Assembly (NCBI RefSeq): GCF_964355755.1
Contig: NC_092670.1
Coordinates: forward strand, 13,440,795 to 13,504,794
Source: Antedon mediterranea
Lineage: Eukaryota > Animalia > Echinodermata
DNA: 64,000 bases
Direction of reading: 5' to 3'
Part shown: positions 23,120 to 34,255 of the stretch, one piece after another
How the letters are laid out: each line of letters opens with the position of its first letter
How positions within the stretch are numbered: position 1 is the first letter of the stretch
Notes under the pieces: generated by a model
What the model was told of the DNA's origin: nothing
What the model saw: the letters and a program-made list of their open reading frames with translations, nothing else
Databases searched by the model: none
Made by a program: the position numbers and the translations under genes

Positions 23120-23565
23120 AATTGTTGGTGTGGTCAAAGCAAATTATTGGATGCAAGTGGGTGTGGTTAAGGCAAGCAGTTGGACTGGCGAATTTATTCA
23201 AATCAAGAAGGTTGGGGTGCAGGAGGGTGTGGTTAAAGCAAGAAGGTATGGTGAACTGGTGGGTGTGGTTAAAGCAACAATGCTGGGATAAACTCGTGGT
23301 GTGGTCAAAGCACGTACGTTTAATGGAGTAGTGGGTGTTGGTAAAGAAAGAAGGTATGGTGAACTGGTGGGTGTGGTTAAATAAAAAGAGTATGCTGAAC
23401 TGGTGGGTGTGGTCAAAGCACGTACGTTTAATGAAGTGGTAGGTGTGGTTAAAGAAAGTACGGTGAACTGGTGGGTGTGGTTAAATAAAGAAGGTATGGT
23501 GAACTGGTGGGTTTGATCAAAGCAAGAATGATGGGATGAATTGGGTGGGCGTGGTCAAAGCAAAT
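23120..23565. repeat. G/T-rich minisatellite, about 40-bp degenerate unit (GGTGAACTGGTGGGTGTGGTTAAAGCAAGAAGGTAT)
   Basis: About 10 copies of a (G)GTGTGGT(T/C)AAA core. Confidence 0.88.
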
Positions 23566-25176
23566 GAATATTTCGAAGGTAACTTTTATGAAACTTTTTT
23601 GTCTGATATTGAGAAAACCATTGCACAACGCAGTTTGATTCTAATGCATTCAAGATCGTTTAGTCCCAAACTTGATAAAGATACATACTACAAAACTAAT
23701 CTGCAACCTCTGGATACGAGCGTTTTGCATGCATATTTTGCAGTTAATAATATAAACACTTTTAATTTCAACATAAATTAAAAAATATAAACTGTAATAA
23801 TGCACCTCTGTACACTATCAAACTAGTATGACAAAAAAGTATGATGTGCCCAGATTTCGTAGTAATACAGTAAGACGTCATCATGTCGAAAAGGGCACAT
23901 CACATTTTATTGTCAAATAATGTGATAATGATAGTAAGCTATAGACACTAGAACGTTTACGTCTGATCAAGTTTCCTAGTAAAGCCTATGATAGTCACTA
24001 TCTATAATATGCATAAAAGAATATAGAGGGCGGTGTGATTCTTTAAACTACAAAATAAACCCTACACCATAGTTCAACTTAAATTAGTAATGCACTTGGA
24101 TGATTATAATTATTATATTCATATTATATTTTAATTTTTATAAAAGATATAAAAAATGATTAAGACAAAAAATATTACCACCAAAAATATTGAAAATTTA
24201 TGAATAAATTATAAAAGTTAAAGCACATCAAAAACTATTTTTACAACAAAAAAACTCAATTTAATTAAATATCTGGGTAAAATATACTTCTAAATATATA
24301 TTGTTTATTACTTAAATATATAACTACTAACTATATTAAACAACAAAATGTAGAAAAAAAAAAAATCAACAGAAAAACTGTATGCAAGTTAAAACATAAC
24401 ATGTTTTTTATCTGAAAAAATAACGTTACATAAAGTTATTCAATTAAGAAGTTTTTTAAGTCACTGCAATAAACAACCAGAACATACTTTCATGTCAAAA
24501 TAGATTACTGCAGTATAATTATTTTGACATGGTCCCTTTACAAAACCAAAGATTGTATAGCGGCACTACACGGTGCAAGATAGAGAACTGTTGCCAAGCT
24601 CATATATCTTATAATACTACCTGCCCTACAAATCCATGGATGCAATTCGTGCGGACAAAATACCCGGATGAACATAGGTTATAGCGGTATTTTGATTTAA
24701 AATGGTTTAAATTTTGTGGTCTGCCTCGAAGTAGTATCTGTGGTTAACCATCTCAAGGGTTGATTCATTGAAAAAGGTTGAAATTATGTAAACGAAGTAA
24801 AAGTTTCTTTCAAATCTGAACACTTTCCAATTAATTAGTGTGTTTACATTGACATGCTTGGTTAGACAACTTCTTCTTTGACCAAAACATTGTACAATAT
24901 TGCCTTAACAACAACTTTTTCCGGTTCCAATTTGTCCGCCCGAATGGCGTTCATGGATTACAAACGCAGTTATCTATCTATACAATCTTGGATAAAACTG
25001 GCAGGAATTTTGTATAATTTGCAAATGTTTCTTACTTTATGGTTTAACTAAGCAGACATTAAACTTGAAGGGAGTAGTAATATTTTGGCCGATTCTTGAT
25101 ACTGTATTTAAAATAGGCACAGTATCATAGGCAAATGCTGTGATACAGTGTCCCATGTTAACTAAAATAATAAGAT

Positions 25177-25439
25177 TTACCCGCTACTAACCCTCTTCAT
25201 GGACCGCTTGCCATTGTGACCATTGACATTAGTTGTTTCTACAGCACCAGTATCTTTAACATCATCATCGAAAATAATTTCGTTTAAAATATATTGAAAC
25301 AAAAACATACTTAGTAGAACTCCAAGGAAAGGTCCGCACCAGTAGACAAGGACGTGCTCATGTATTTGGTGGTCCTTGCAGTTGAATGCTAGGGATGTTG
25401 CTAATGCTGGGTTGAACATCATACCTGTCCATTCCATGC
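25177..25439 (-). CDS. aqp12L: Unorthodox aquaporin (AQP11/12-like), last coding exon
   Basis: GMEWTGMMFNPALATSLAFNC...VLVYWCGPFLG; NPA-x8-C superaquaporin signature; ttgttcag acceptor, phase 1; TAA stop. Confidence 0.92.
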
Positions 25440-26797
25440 CTGAACAAGATAAAACAATAGGTCGAGGCTTGAAATTCACCCTAGCAAACTAGAAATGTTC
25501 TTGTTAGATTTTTCATATTTGGCACTGTACTTTTGAACATTCTATAACTACTACTAGGCAATGGTTGCTGGTTTTAATTTTTGTTAAATATTTTCAAAAT
25601 ATAGTCAATTTCTTTAAATTTAACACAAAAAAAATTAGTTTATATTGTTGTGCTTCCAGACAGCCGGCCATATTCGATGGCAGTCCCCTCACTTTCGAGG
25701 TTGATTTTGTTCACTCTATATCTTCGATATTTTATCATGATAGCCTATTAACTATTAATGAATTGTACATGTTGCATACAAGTCACGAATCAAGAATTAA
25801 TCATGTGCTATTTGCTTGTCAAATCAAATTCAACTTGTGATTTATTCCATCAGAGACCTTTACTTTAAGGATTTAATCGTTTGTACTCCATATCAAAATG
25901 CAGCATTTATCTAAATGTAAGAAATGTAATACCTATCATCGTCTTAGATTTTCATCTCAAAGTATACATGTAAAATTTGAATGTGGGCACTTAATGTGTG
26001 TAATTTACGAGAAAGAAACATTTTACAGTTTATAACTCTGATTCACAATACTGTACTTCAATGATTTAGTAGTAACTAGTAATGTATGAATAAAAAACCA
26101 CACACTTAAGGACCAAACAAATACTGTATATTCTCAGGTATAATCACACTCCCTCTTTTATGTCGGATTTCACAAACAGGCATATCCCCAGGTATACTTC
26201 CAGTATTGACTTTTGGCCTGGTTGTAGGCCTCTCACTAGCCAATTCAAATGAGTTTTTATAAGAAATGCTTACCAATCATTCTTTTTCCTGAACCAAGGT
26301 TTTCATGGATATACAGTAGTCCCACCCCACAATGTTGTGTTCTAGTATCAAAGGATACACGGTAATCAACCACCAGGTTGATATTTTTATTCTAAGTTCT
26401 AATCTTTTCATCTTTTACTTGTGCAAAGGTGTTTATGTAATCTTTTTGAGCAACTGAATGGAACTGCAACCGCTTATGATTGACAGTCCTGGTTAACATA
26501 CCATGCATTGCGCTTGACATGTAGTTGTACTTGTGCTGAGTGCTAATAATAACATCAAACTAATCGCTGCTGGTCGCACTTACCCATACTGCATGTGTGT
26601 ATAACATGTTTAACTCAATTGCGCACATTAAACATATTATTTTGAGTTTTGTTCAATTGCTCGGAGGGCATATGCCGACACAGTTGAGATGTGTCAACGT
26701 AAGCCCACCTTAATCAAAAGACAATCCCAGTTTAAAAAAACTATTCCTCATAATGATGACTTGAGAAATACTCAAATCATCAACTAATCATACATAC

Positions 26798-27380
26798 CTG
26801 TTAATGTTACCATTACAGTGGTAAAAGAATTGACAATGTTGTAGAATCGTTGTCCACCTATTCCCATGCCAGCTATACAGCGCGCTGTACTGGTGGCCAA
26901 CATCTCCGCTAAAACTCCTTCAAGTATGGACACCTTCAGTGGGTTATCACACGACAGGTCCAAAATTTCAGCTTGCATTGTATGCATTTCAGTCGGTGAA
27001 AACATTTTCCATATCAACATTACGTAACGGTAGGCTAACAATCCACCGATAATTTGCAAAAACATTTTTATAACCCCTTCTGTGATTGAACATTTTCGTT
27101 TAACCATCAGTTCAAATATTCTGGCTGGATTTCCGGAGGCATCAAAGGTCAAACTATAAGCGAAGATGAGCATAAATAGCACGACAGCGTATACAGTGAT
27201 ACTATAGCCGGAGAATACAACGCTGTTTTCATATACACAAGCTACTAACTGAAAAGTGCACAATAGTTCGGCAATGTATGTGTAAACATTTTGTGGAAGA
27301 CATTTTCCTAACACTTTACGTAATAGGTATGATACTACAAAGATTCCAGTAAAGGAGGCAAAGGATATCAATATACTCAT
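26798..27380 (-). CDS. aqp12L: Unorthodox aquaporin (AQP11/12-like), first coding exon (281 aa total)
   Basis: ATG at 27380; AELLCTFQLVACVYE (TM1), DASGNPAR, QIIGG, GVLAE motifs; donor G|gtatg; acceptor at about 27437 implies an upstream non-coding exon. Confidence 0.92.
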
Positions 27381-28189
27381 TGTTTCCAACACAGTTGGTT
27401 ACTTACACTGGCTTTGTATCTTATACTGTATAAATCTGTTAAAACAAAGATACGATTTTATATTAGTCATCAGTACAAAGTGCAATTTGTTTTCCTAGTA
27501 AAATTATATGACTGCCCTGTTAATTCTAAACAAAACAAAAGCCAATTATTTCTTGTTTAAAAATGGACACAATTGCTGTGCAGAAATATACTTATAATAT
27601 GCGAACAAAAATTGGAATAGTGTGGGTGCGGTGGGACACCAGACTAACATCATTAAAAAAGGTGTAAATAAATGTAGAGATTGCATTCTGTACAAGATCC
27701 TATAGGCCTAGGCCCACTACTAGCCCCTATTTTGAATTAGACTTTAGGCCTACATCATTCACAAATGAATAATATAAAGGCAGGATTTATACCTCCATGC
27801 CTAGAGCGTTTGAAAATCATTTACGTGTTCCAGTCCTAAGCTACCTACGCTAGCCTACTGTAGCACGACCGCCCATTGCCTGCCGCTGGAAGAAGAGAAG
27901 AAGAGGAGAAGAAAGGTCAGCCACCTCTACTCTCTACTCTAGTCTAGGCCTAGCTAGCTAGGCCTAGTCTGAGTAGGCGCGCCTACCACGGAAAGACGCG
28001 AGCAGAGGCATACGCAGCATGTACAAATGAAATGTGAACGCATTTTTAACAAACCTAGAATGATGACTACCTTCTCTGGTTAAGATAGTTAAAATGCTAA
28101 TGATGTTCGTTAATCATAACAAATCTATAGCATACGCACACCATGGAGGTATCGTCGCGATTATAATAAAGCATTCGTTTTCATTTGAC

Positions 28190-28330
28190 CTCGTGTTTAC
28201 AATAACAACGTTGCGTCATACTTGGAAAGCGGAAGTGAAAGGTAACACGTCCGCAACAAAACAAGGGACTTATTACTGCCCTGGGAAATTGTACAGCCCC
28301 ACCCACTTCATACCAGCGGTCACGTGTAAG
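28190..28330. promoter_or_regulatory. Possible promoter region of the aquaporin
   Basis: CpG-containing stretch with TGCGTCA, GCGGAAGTG (ETS-like) and GTCACGTG (E-box) about 0.8-0.9 kb upstream of the ATG. Confidence 0.35.
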
Positions 28331-28733
28331 CCTACTATACGGCCTAACAGAGGGAAACAAAACATCTTTAATGGTAACTTGGTAACCCCTTTTGAAATGA
28401 AACTATGCTCGATAATTTTATAGGCTAAAATTGATACTGTCAAATAATCGATATTTTTTATTATATCATTCATTAACATTTATTACACCTTAATAAATTC
28501 CTGTCATTTGATTGAACGATTGTGAGTCACATCCTATGCAATAGTACGCACTATTAAACGATCGTGTAATAGTTAAGTAGGCTACCTTTTTTGTGTACAA
28601 AAAATATTTTTGTGTTAATTATACTATTGCTTTTGAAATACAACAGCGCCACCTACTTTGTACTTACGAATTTATAATGTTATGACTGGTTCGCAATGGC
28701 AGTACATTTTTGGAGATATTTATAATATATATA

Positions 28734-28974
28734 GGAGTTGGATAGTCGAGTGGTTAGGACACTTGACTGTCATACAGATAGACCCGGGTTCAATTCCCGA
28801 CAACTCCCAGTCCACTCAGCTGTAAATGAGTACCTGGTTGAAAATACTAGGGAGAAAAAAGGCGGCGTGGAAAGGAACTGGCCACCCTACCACATAATGC
28901 CGAGGCTTAGTACAATGAGCTCCTAACAGCTCATTCCCCTACGTTCAGAGAACACGGGACTCACCTTTACTTTA
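28734..28974 (+). mobile_element. Full-length tRNA-derived SINE
   Basis: tRNA-like head with A box TAGTCGAGTGG, GTC anticodon-like loop and B box GTTCAATTCC; CORE-like CACTCAGCTGTAAATGAGTACC; ACCTTTACTTT tail; TSD TATAATATAT (28721-28730 / 28975-28984). Confidence 0.85.
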
Positions 28975-29170
28975 TATAATATATGTACTAATTTAGATCA
29001 AAAAGGCATTTAAATTTGCTTTAGATCGTTTGTAGGATTTTTATTAATCAATAGGAACATCTCTACAAGATCTAGAATCGTTGGAAAAACATAATTAGCC
29101 TAGATGAGTTCAAGTTTCGTATCTGGTATCTCATGCCTTTCAGTCTAGCTAGTAGGCATAGGCCTAAGCC

Positions 29171-30245
29171 GGGTGTCACGAAACCTAAGACCACGAAAGC
29201 TAAGACCCCCTAAGACCTAAGATCACGAAAGCTAAGACCCAAGACCTAAGATTACAAATTCTAAGATATACTACAGCTTAAAAACAATACTTGTTTATCC
29301 ATACATAATTTTAAACATAGTAGGTTTCATTTATTACCATAAATATAATTAAATACTACCGCAAAACATAGATAAACTCACGTTATATTCGCGCGTTGAG
29401 TAAATTAATGTATATTTTTTCTTTACAACAAACAAACTTGACGGGTTGTTTGTTGGTATATATTTACTCCAATTGTGTTGGTTCAGAGGATGTTTTTCTT
29501 TCGCACCTGCCTTTCTTGTATTTTGACTCCAAATTTGTTAACTGACTTTATCCTGAATACCACACTTTAAAATTAGAACTTATAAGTACTTTCAGAAGGA
29601 GAAACACATAAAAACAAATGAATAAATCCTTTAAATTGATGATTTTACAGACGTGTTTCTTTAATTGTATACTGTAACTCCTCCCATGCTCAATATTTTT
29701 GTTTCTATGGAGCGCCAAAAGAGCAACAATAATAGAACAAGTATAAAAACAGAAAGAAAACGAAAAAAAAAAAAAAACTTATTATCATGATTTTTAAATT
29801 AAAATTTATTTGCGAGTATTTATTTCTTCGTACTAGCATGATTATACTATTATCATTTTAATTTTACATTGTTCAATCCACACTGTAGATGGACTCCACA
29901 GAGTTTTCAGCCCTCTATATAATTTTTGCTCTTTTGACGTTCCATAGAAACAAAAACATTGAACAGGCCTACTGTAGGCTAGTCATGCAAAATTCGCAAA
30001 CAGTATGTGTGCGAGAAAAACGTCTGTAAAATCATCAATTTAAAAATGTATTTGTTACTTTTTATGTGATTCTTTTTCATAAAAGTGCTAATTCTAAGGT
30101 GTGGTATTCAGAATAAATGTTGGGAGTTAAAATACAAGGCAGGTGCGAAAGATAAATATTGTAATCTTAGGTCTTGGGTCTTAGCTTTCGTGATCTTAGG
30201 TCTTAGGGGGTCTTAGCTTTCGTGGTCTTAGGTTTCGTGACACCC
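29171..30245. mobile_element. Non-autonomous foldback / Mutator-like DNA transposon
   Basis: 87-bp identical TIRs (29171-29257 / 30159-30245) built from CTAAGACC subrepeats; perfect 10-bp TSD GGCCTAAGCC; second diverged inner inverted repeat at about 29497-29740 / 29912-30152. Confidence 0.93.
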
Positions 30246-30424
30246 GGCCTAAGCCTTTAGTATTAGGCTAGGTCTAGTCATTTTAGCCTTGGATTGTTTG
30301 GTCGTTTGTTGATATATTAACACTAGGCCTACAGTAGGTGTGTATAAAATCCATATAAAATATAATAGTTTATATATTATTAAAAACCAAATTTGGCCTT
30401 AGGCTTAATTTTTATTTGGGATTT

Positions 30425-30543
30425 TGGTGAATGATGAACGGTATTATATCAACTCGGCTTCGCCTCGTTGAAATAACCTTTCATCATTCACCTCATGCCA
30501 TTATTTGTACCATTACACTTATAAACATTCATTATTTGTATAC
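30425..30543. mobile_element. Partial palindromic non-autonomous element with CTCGGCTTCGCCTCG central hairpin
   Basis: ggtattatatcaac-tcggcttcgcctc-gttgaaataacc; end cattcattatttgtata shared with about 39450-39505. Confidence 0.5.
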
Positions 30544-32445
30544 TGATAATTGTTTAATCATCCTTGACCTAACAATCTAACAGCAGGACACTGAACTTGC
30601 CTTGTTGCCAAGATAGGAACTCTTTTGATCTTATGACTGGCTGCGACAAACACCAAAAGTATTGTACTTTGTTGCCATGGTGGTATAGCGACCTCTGTGC
30701 CCAATTTGGCGACGTTACAATAAAGAATTAAATTGATTTGATATTGTTTTGCCAAACTAGGTGAGGGTCGTCGGTGCAGTAGTAGCGGTTCGAGGATTAT
30801 TATCCTCTGTGGTCTGACAGTATATGTTACCATCCCTGCGTCTGTTTCATGCACATCGAACGGCTGTCTTCTGCTTCAACTGCGATGACATAACAAGGTT
30901 TATATAGAAGGTAAAAAAACTGTAACATATTAAATTACTGATATAACCATCGTGGATGGTTTTAAGTCGCAGGCTACACGGAAATGATCCACTTGATTAA
31001 TTAAGCGTAATTAACCTTTACAGTTCACTGAAAACTGGTGTCTTGTGTCACTGAATCCAGCTTGAGAAAATCGAAAAAATCTTATTAGTTACAGGATCCA
31101 ATTCGACATTATAAAATCACGTATTTAAATACAGTTTCATTTAAAAATAAATGACAACGTTTCACAAATTTAGGCAATGCGAATAAACCATTTATTATTA
31201 TGGATAATAATGTTTGCTCTGAAGTCAATTTTATTTACAAAAAAAAATCACTACACACACAACACAAAAACAATATCTTGAAAAATGCAAGAGATGAGTC
31301 TATAACGATTATAATAATAGGTGATACTGGGTCACTTTCTTAGATACATTACAAAACAAATAGCAAAGATATTTTTAAGGGAACTAATTGTTATGATTCA
31401 GGAATGCTGTACAGATATAATAAATGAGGGTAAAAAAGAAAGAAAATGACAATATACATCACAGCATACCCAGTGGGCAAACCTGTAGTTTACAAAACAG
31501 TAAACGATAGCAAATACGGATCAGACAATGAGGAAAAGAACAACTAGGACAATTACAGAATATATACCCACTGCTTTTAAACATGTTGAGTACAGTAGTT
31601 ATTTATTTAACATTATGAAAATGAATATTATGTAAACGATAATTATATTTATTCTGCAACATCATGAAGACAAATATGACGTAGAGACTTTAACTCCTCG
31701 AATGAATTAAAGAAACACAAAATCAAAAGAATTGCAGTACGGGATACACAAATTCATTATGATTATGAGCAGAAAATGTTCATGTACGCAAAGGTTTTGA
31801 TGTTTTCTTTACATAGTCTTTTAAAAAAAGAAAAGGGAAATATTGTACATGTGATTATTATTTCTTGCAATATCTCAGGAAAAAATATTATGTTAATAAG
31901 GTTGTTACATGACCACACATATCCTTTAAAAAAAATGCAATGCACGTAGGCACCGTTACTCTACCATCACCGGATATCCTTTAACGTCGATACACACCCT
32001 CCCTCTTCCCCACTCCCCTAAACATCACTCAACAATCACATGATCAAAACATATACACGTGAGTATCTTACATCTTATGGGAAATGATCATCCTATAATA
32101 AATAGCTAATTGTTGTCAATTAGCAATAAATCAGTATCTTCACCATAAACATATTTCAAAACATTGTATTTGTAATAGGTTTCGTGTGTGCACTGTATAA
32201 ATAATAAATTAAGACTACTCATAAATCTAACGTGCTTGTCGGATATATATCAACATCAAAAACTATTTTTAGGAAACACAACACATTCAAACCAACAATT
32301 AGTTAATAACAACAATGTTAACCCATATAAACGCATTACATTATTTCATAACAGAATATATATTTAATTATTATTTTACTTATTTGATTCCTACTGAAGT
32401 TTGCGATAATAGTGTGCCCATTAAACCAACATAACATAACTAGCC

Positions 32446-32610
32446 TGTGAACAAACCCAGGTGAGTGTCGTGATAGACGAAATAGCGCCGTAGTTGGCAG
32501 CACGGACGTGACTCTAGGGGAGTCTGAAGCATGAAGTTTAAAAAGTGCATTGAGACGACATGGCTTATGGAATGCGCTATATAAAGACTGTACATTTATA
32601 CATTAACATT
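32446..32610 (+). mobile_element. 3' SINE fragment related to the Deu-SINE at 52.9-53.2 kb
   Basis: gtcgtgatagacgaaatagcgccgtagttggcagc is similar to the reverse complement of 53007-53045; gcgctatataaa tail. Confidence 0.6.
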
Positions 32611-34192
32611 ATAATAACAAATATTGTACCGGATCAAAAAGGAAGGCGAGGCAGCGAGAGCACCGTGTCCAATTCCTGTCAGAAACATTCAGTTGATATA
32701 GCTTATAGCTCCATGATTGCAGAGAGGAGCCCCGGAATAGTTTAAAGTTAGCGCACTCCTTTTCCTTATTTAAACAGTCCTGGATACGCCATTTTAATTC
32801 GGTGTCGTATCCATGACCTCACGTTATAGTACTCATGATCAAGTGATACAATGAACCATATCGGTTATTGCATTTCCAGTGCATCTATTCATCTTGTCCT
32901 TCATGTATTCATGCTCTTTGTCTTGATAATATTCTATTTCTTTATTAAGATTTATTTAACATCTGTTTTTGATTAAATTTTATTTTACCTTTATCCGGTT
33001 TCGCCCCTTTGTTGCAAAACATTCCAATGTATATATGTTGTTAATACTGTACGTTTAGAACATTTAAGAACAAGTTAGCTAAACTTTAAAGACCAATAGT
33101 TTTTTCTTTTAGTACGGTAGGCCTACCGATAGGGAATTAAGAACACCTAAGTGGGTGAACGGAGAGTGGGTGGGTGCGGAGTATTAGCTCCTTCAAAAGT
33201 TTATCGAATAGACCGTACCATTCTAAATTAAGATTAATATTAGCTACTGTTTTTTTCTTTCTTCCCCATTATTTTTAGGTCCTCAACGTCTTTGGTTTAT
33301 GACTATTAGGCTAAACATGTACACAACAAAACCTTAGTTCGATGGTTTAGCTTAGCTCCCAATAGGACGAACGGAAAAATGCAAGCTCAACGTACGTAAT
33401 TGCGCAACGCAATATATTATTATTATTCACAATTGTTTTCTTTCGCGTTTGCCATTGGTTAATAAGCCTGCGTTGCGCTTAAGTCCTTACGTGCGCCCTA
33501 ATGTGAACCGAGCTCTAGGCCTATAGTTCGAATTCAAACGCTTGGGATACAATCAACATGTTGACGAAAATTAAATTAACCAAGTATAATTGATGAAGAT
33601 GCTTGATAAGTCACACAGGCATTACGTGTTGGTTCGTATACCGTTTATTGTAAGATGCTTTTAGTGCCGTTTCAGCAGAAAGAAATTAGGCCTATATTAA
33701 TAACGAAAGGTTATAACCGGGTGTCAACAACCACTTGATTGCTGTAATTGTCGGAACAACTGCCGCAGACAACATTACAATACCATAACGTCTAAACGTA
33801 TAATATCAATCACGTGACATCTGATCACTGCGTAATTGGCAAAAGAAGAATCTTTCTTTCACAAGCTCTTCAAGTTATGTTAGCTGCAGTAGACGCCCAG
33901 ATATCACAACGAATTCAAAGTCTTTGTAGATTGAATAACGAGCGCACGACACTATCAATTTTACTCGAGATTCTCAGGAGGCTCAGTCGGTACGGAAAAC
34001 GCACAACGGCACGGCGTGAAGTATTAAAGCCGGTTAAACTGCACATGCGATCTGTACATGCACACCTGTTAGAACATTTTGTTTCGCTTTACTTGCTGAT
34101 CGATTATATTATCCTGGATAGACTATTACTTTGAAGAAGAACAGATCATAATTGTTATATGCTTTGTAAGATAATAATATTCGACGAGTAAA

Positions 34193-34255
34193 ATGACACT
34201 GCTCCTGTTCCATGCTGTTTTGGTTATATTCAGGATAACGATTTGCACATGTCAG
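34193..34255 (+). CDS. Probable first coding exon (signal peptide) of a gene with a very long first intron
   Basis: AAAATG context, MTLLLFHAVLVIFRITICTCQ, then CAG|GTAAGA consensus donor, phase 0; CpG-richer upstream region. Confidence 0.6.

Noticed and set aside
23007-23565. ORFs with TTPTSSPY repeats (mucin- or CTD-like) and a CRISPR-like periodic look
   Set aside because: These are translations of a minisatellite with variable unit length and frameshifts. There are no unique spacers and no cas genes, and the context is eukaryotic.
28734-28806. tRNA-Asp(GTC)-like gene
   Set aside because: It runs directly into a SINE body and tail, is bracketed by a TSD, and has a decayed copy at 44621-44770; it is a SINE head rather than a tRNA gene.
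30558-30900. 98-aa minus-strand ORF in a GC-richer patch
   Set aside because: No recognisable domain, a non-ATG start and no coherent splice sites; a lncRNA exon cannot be excluded.
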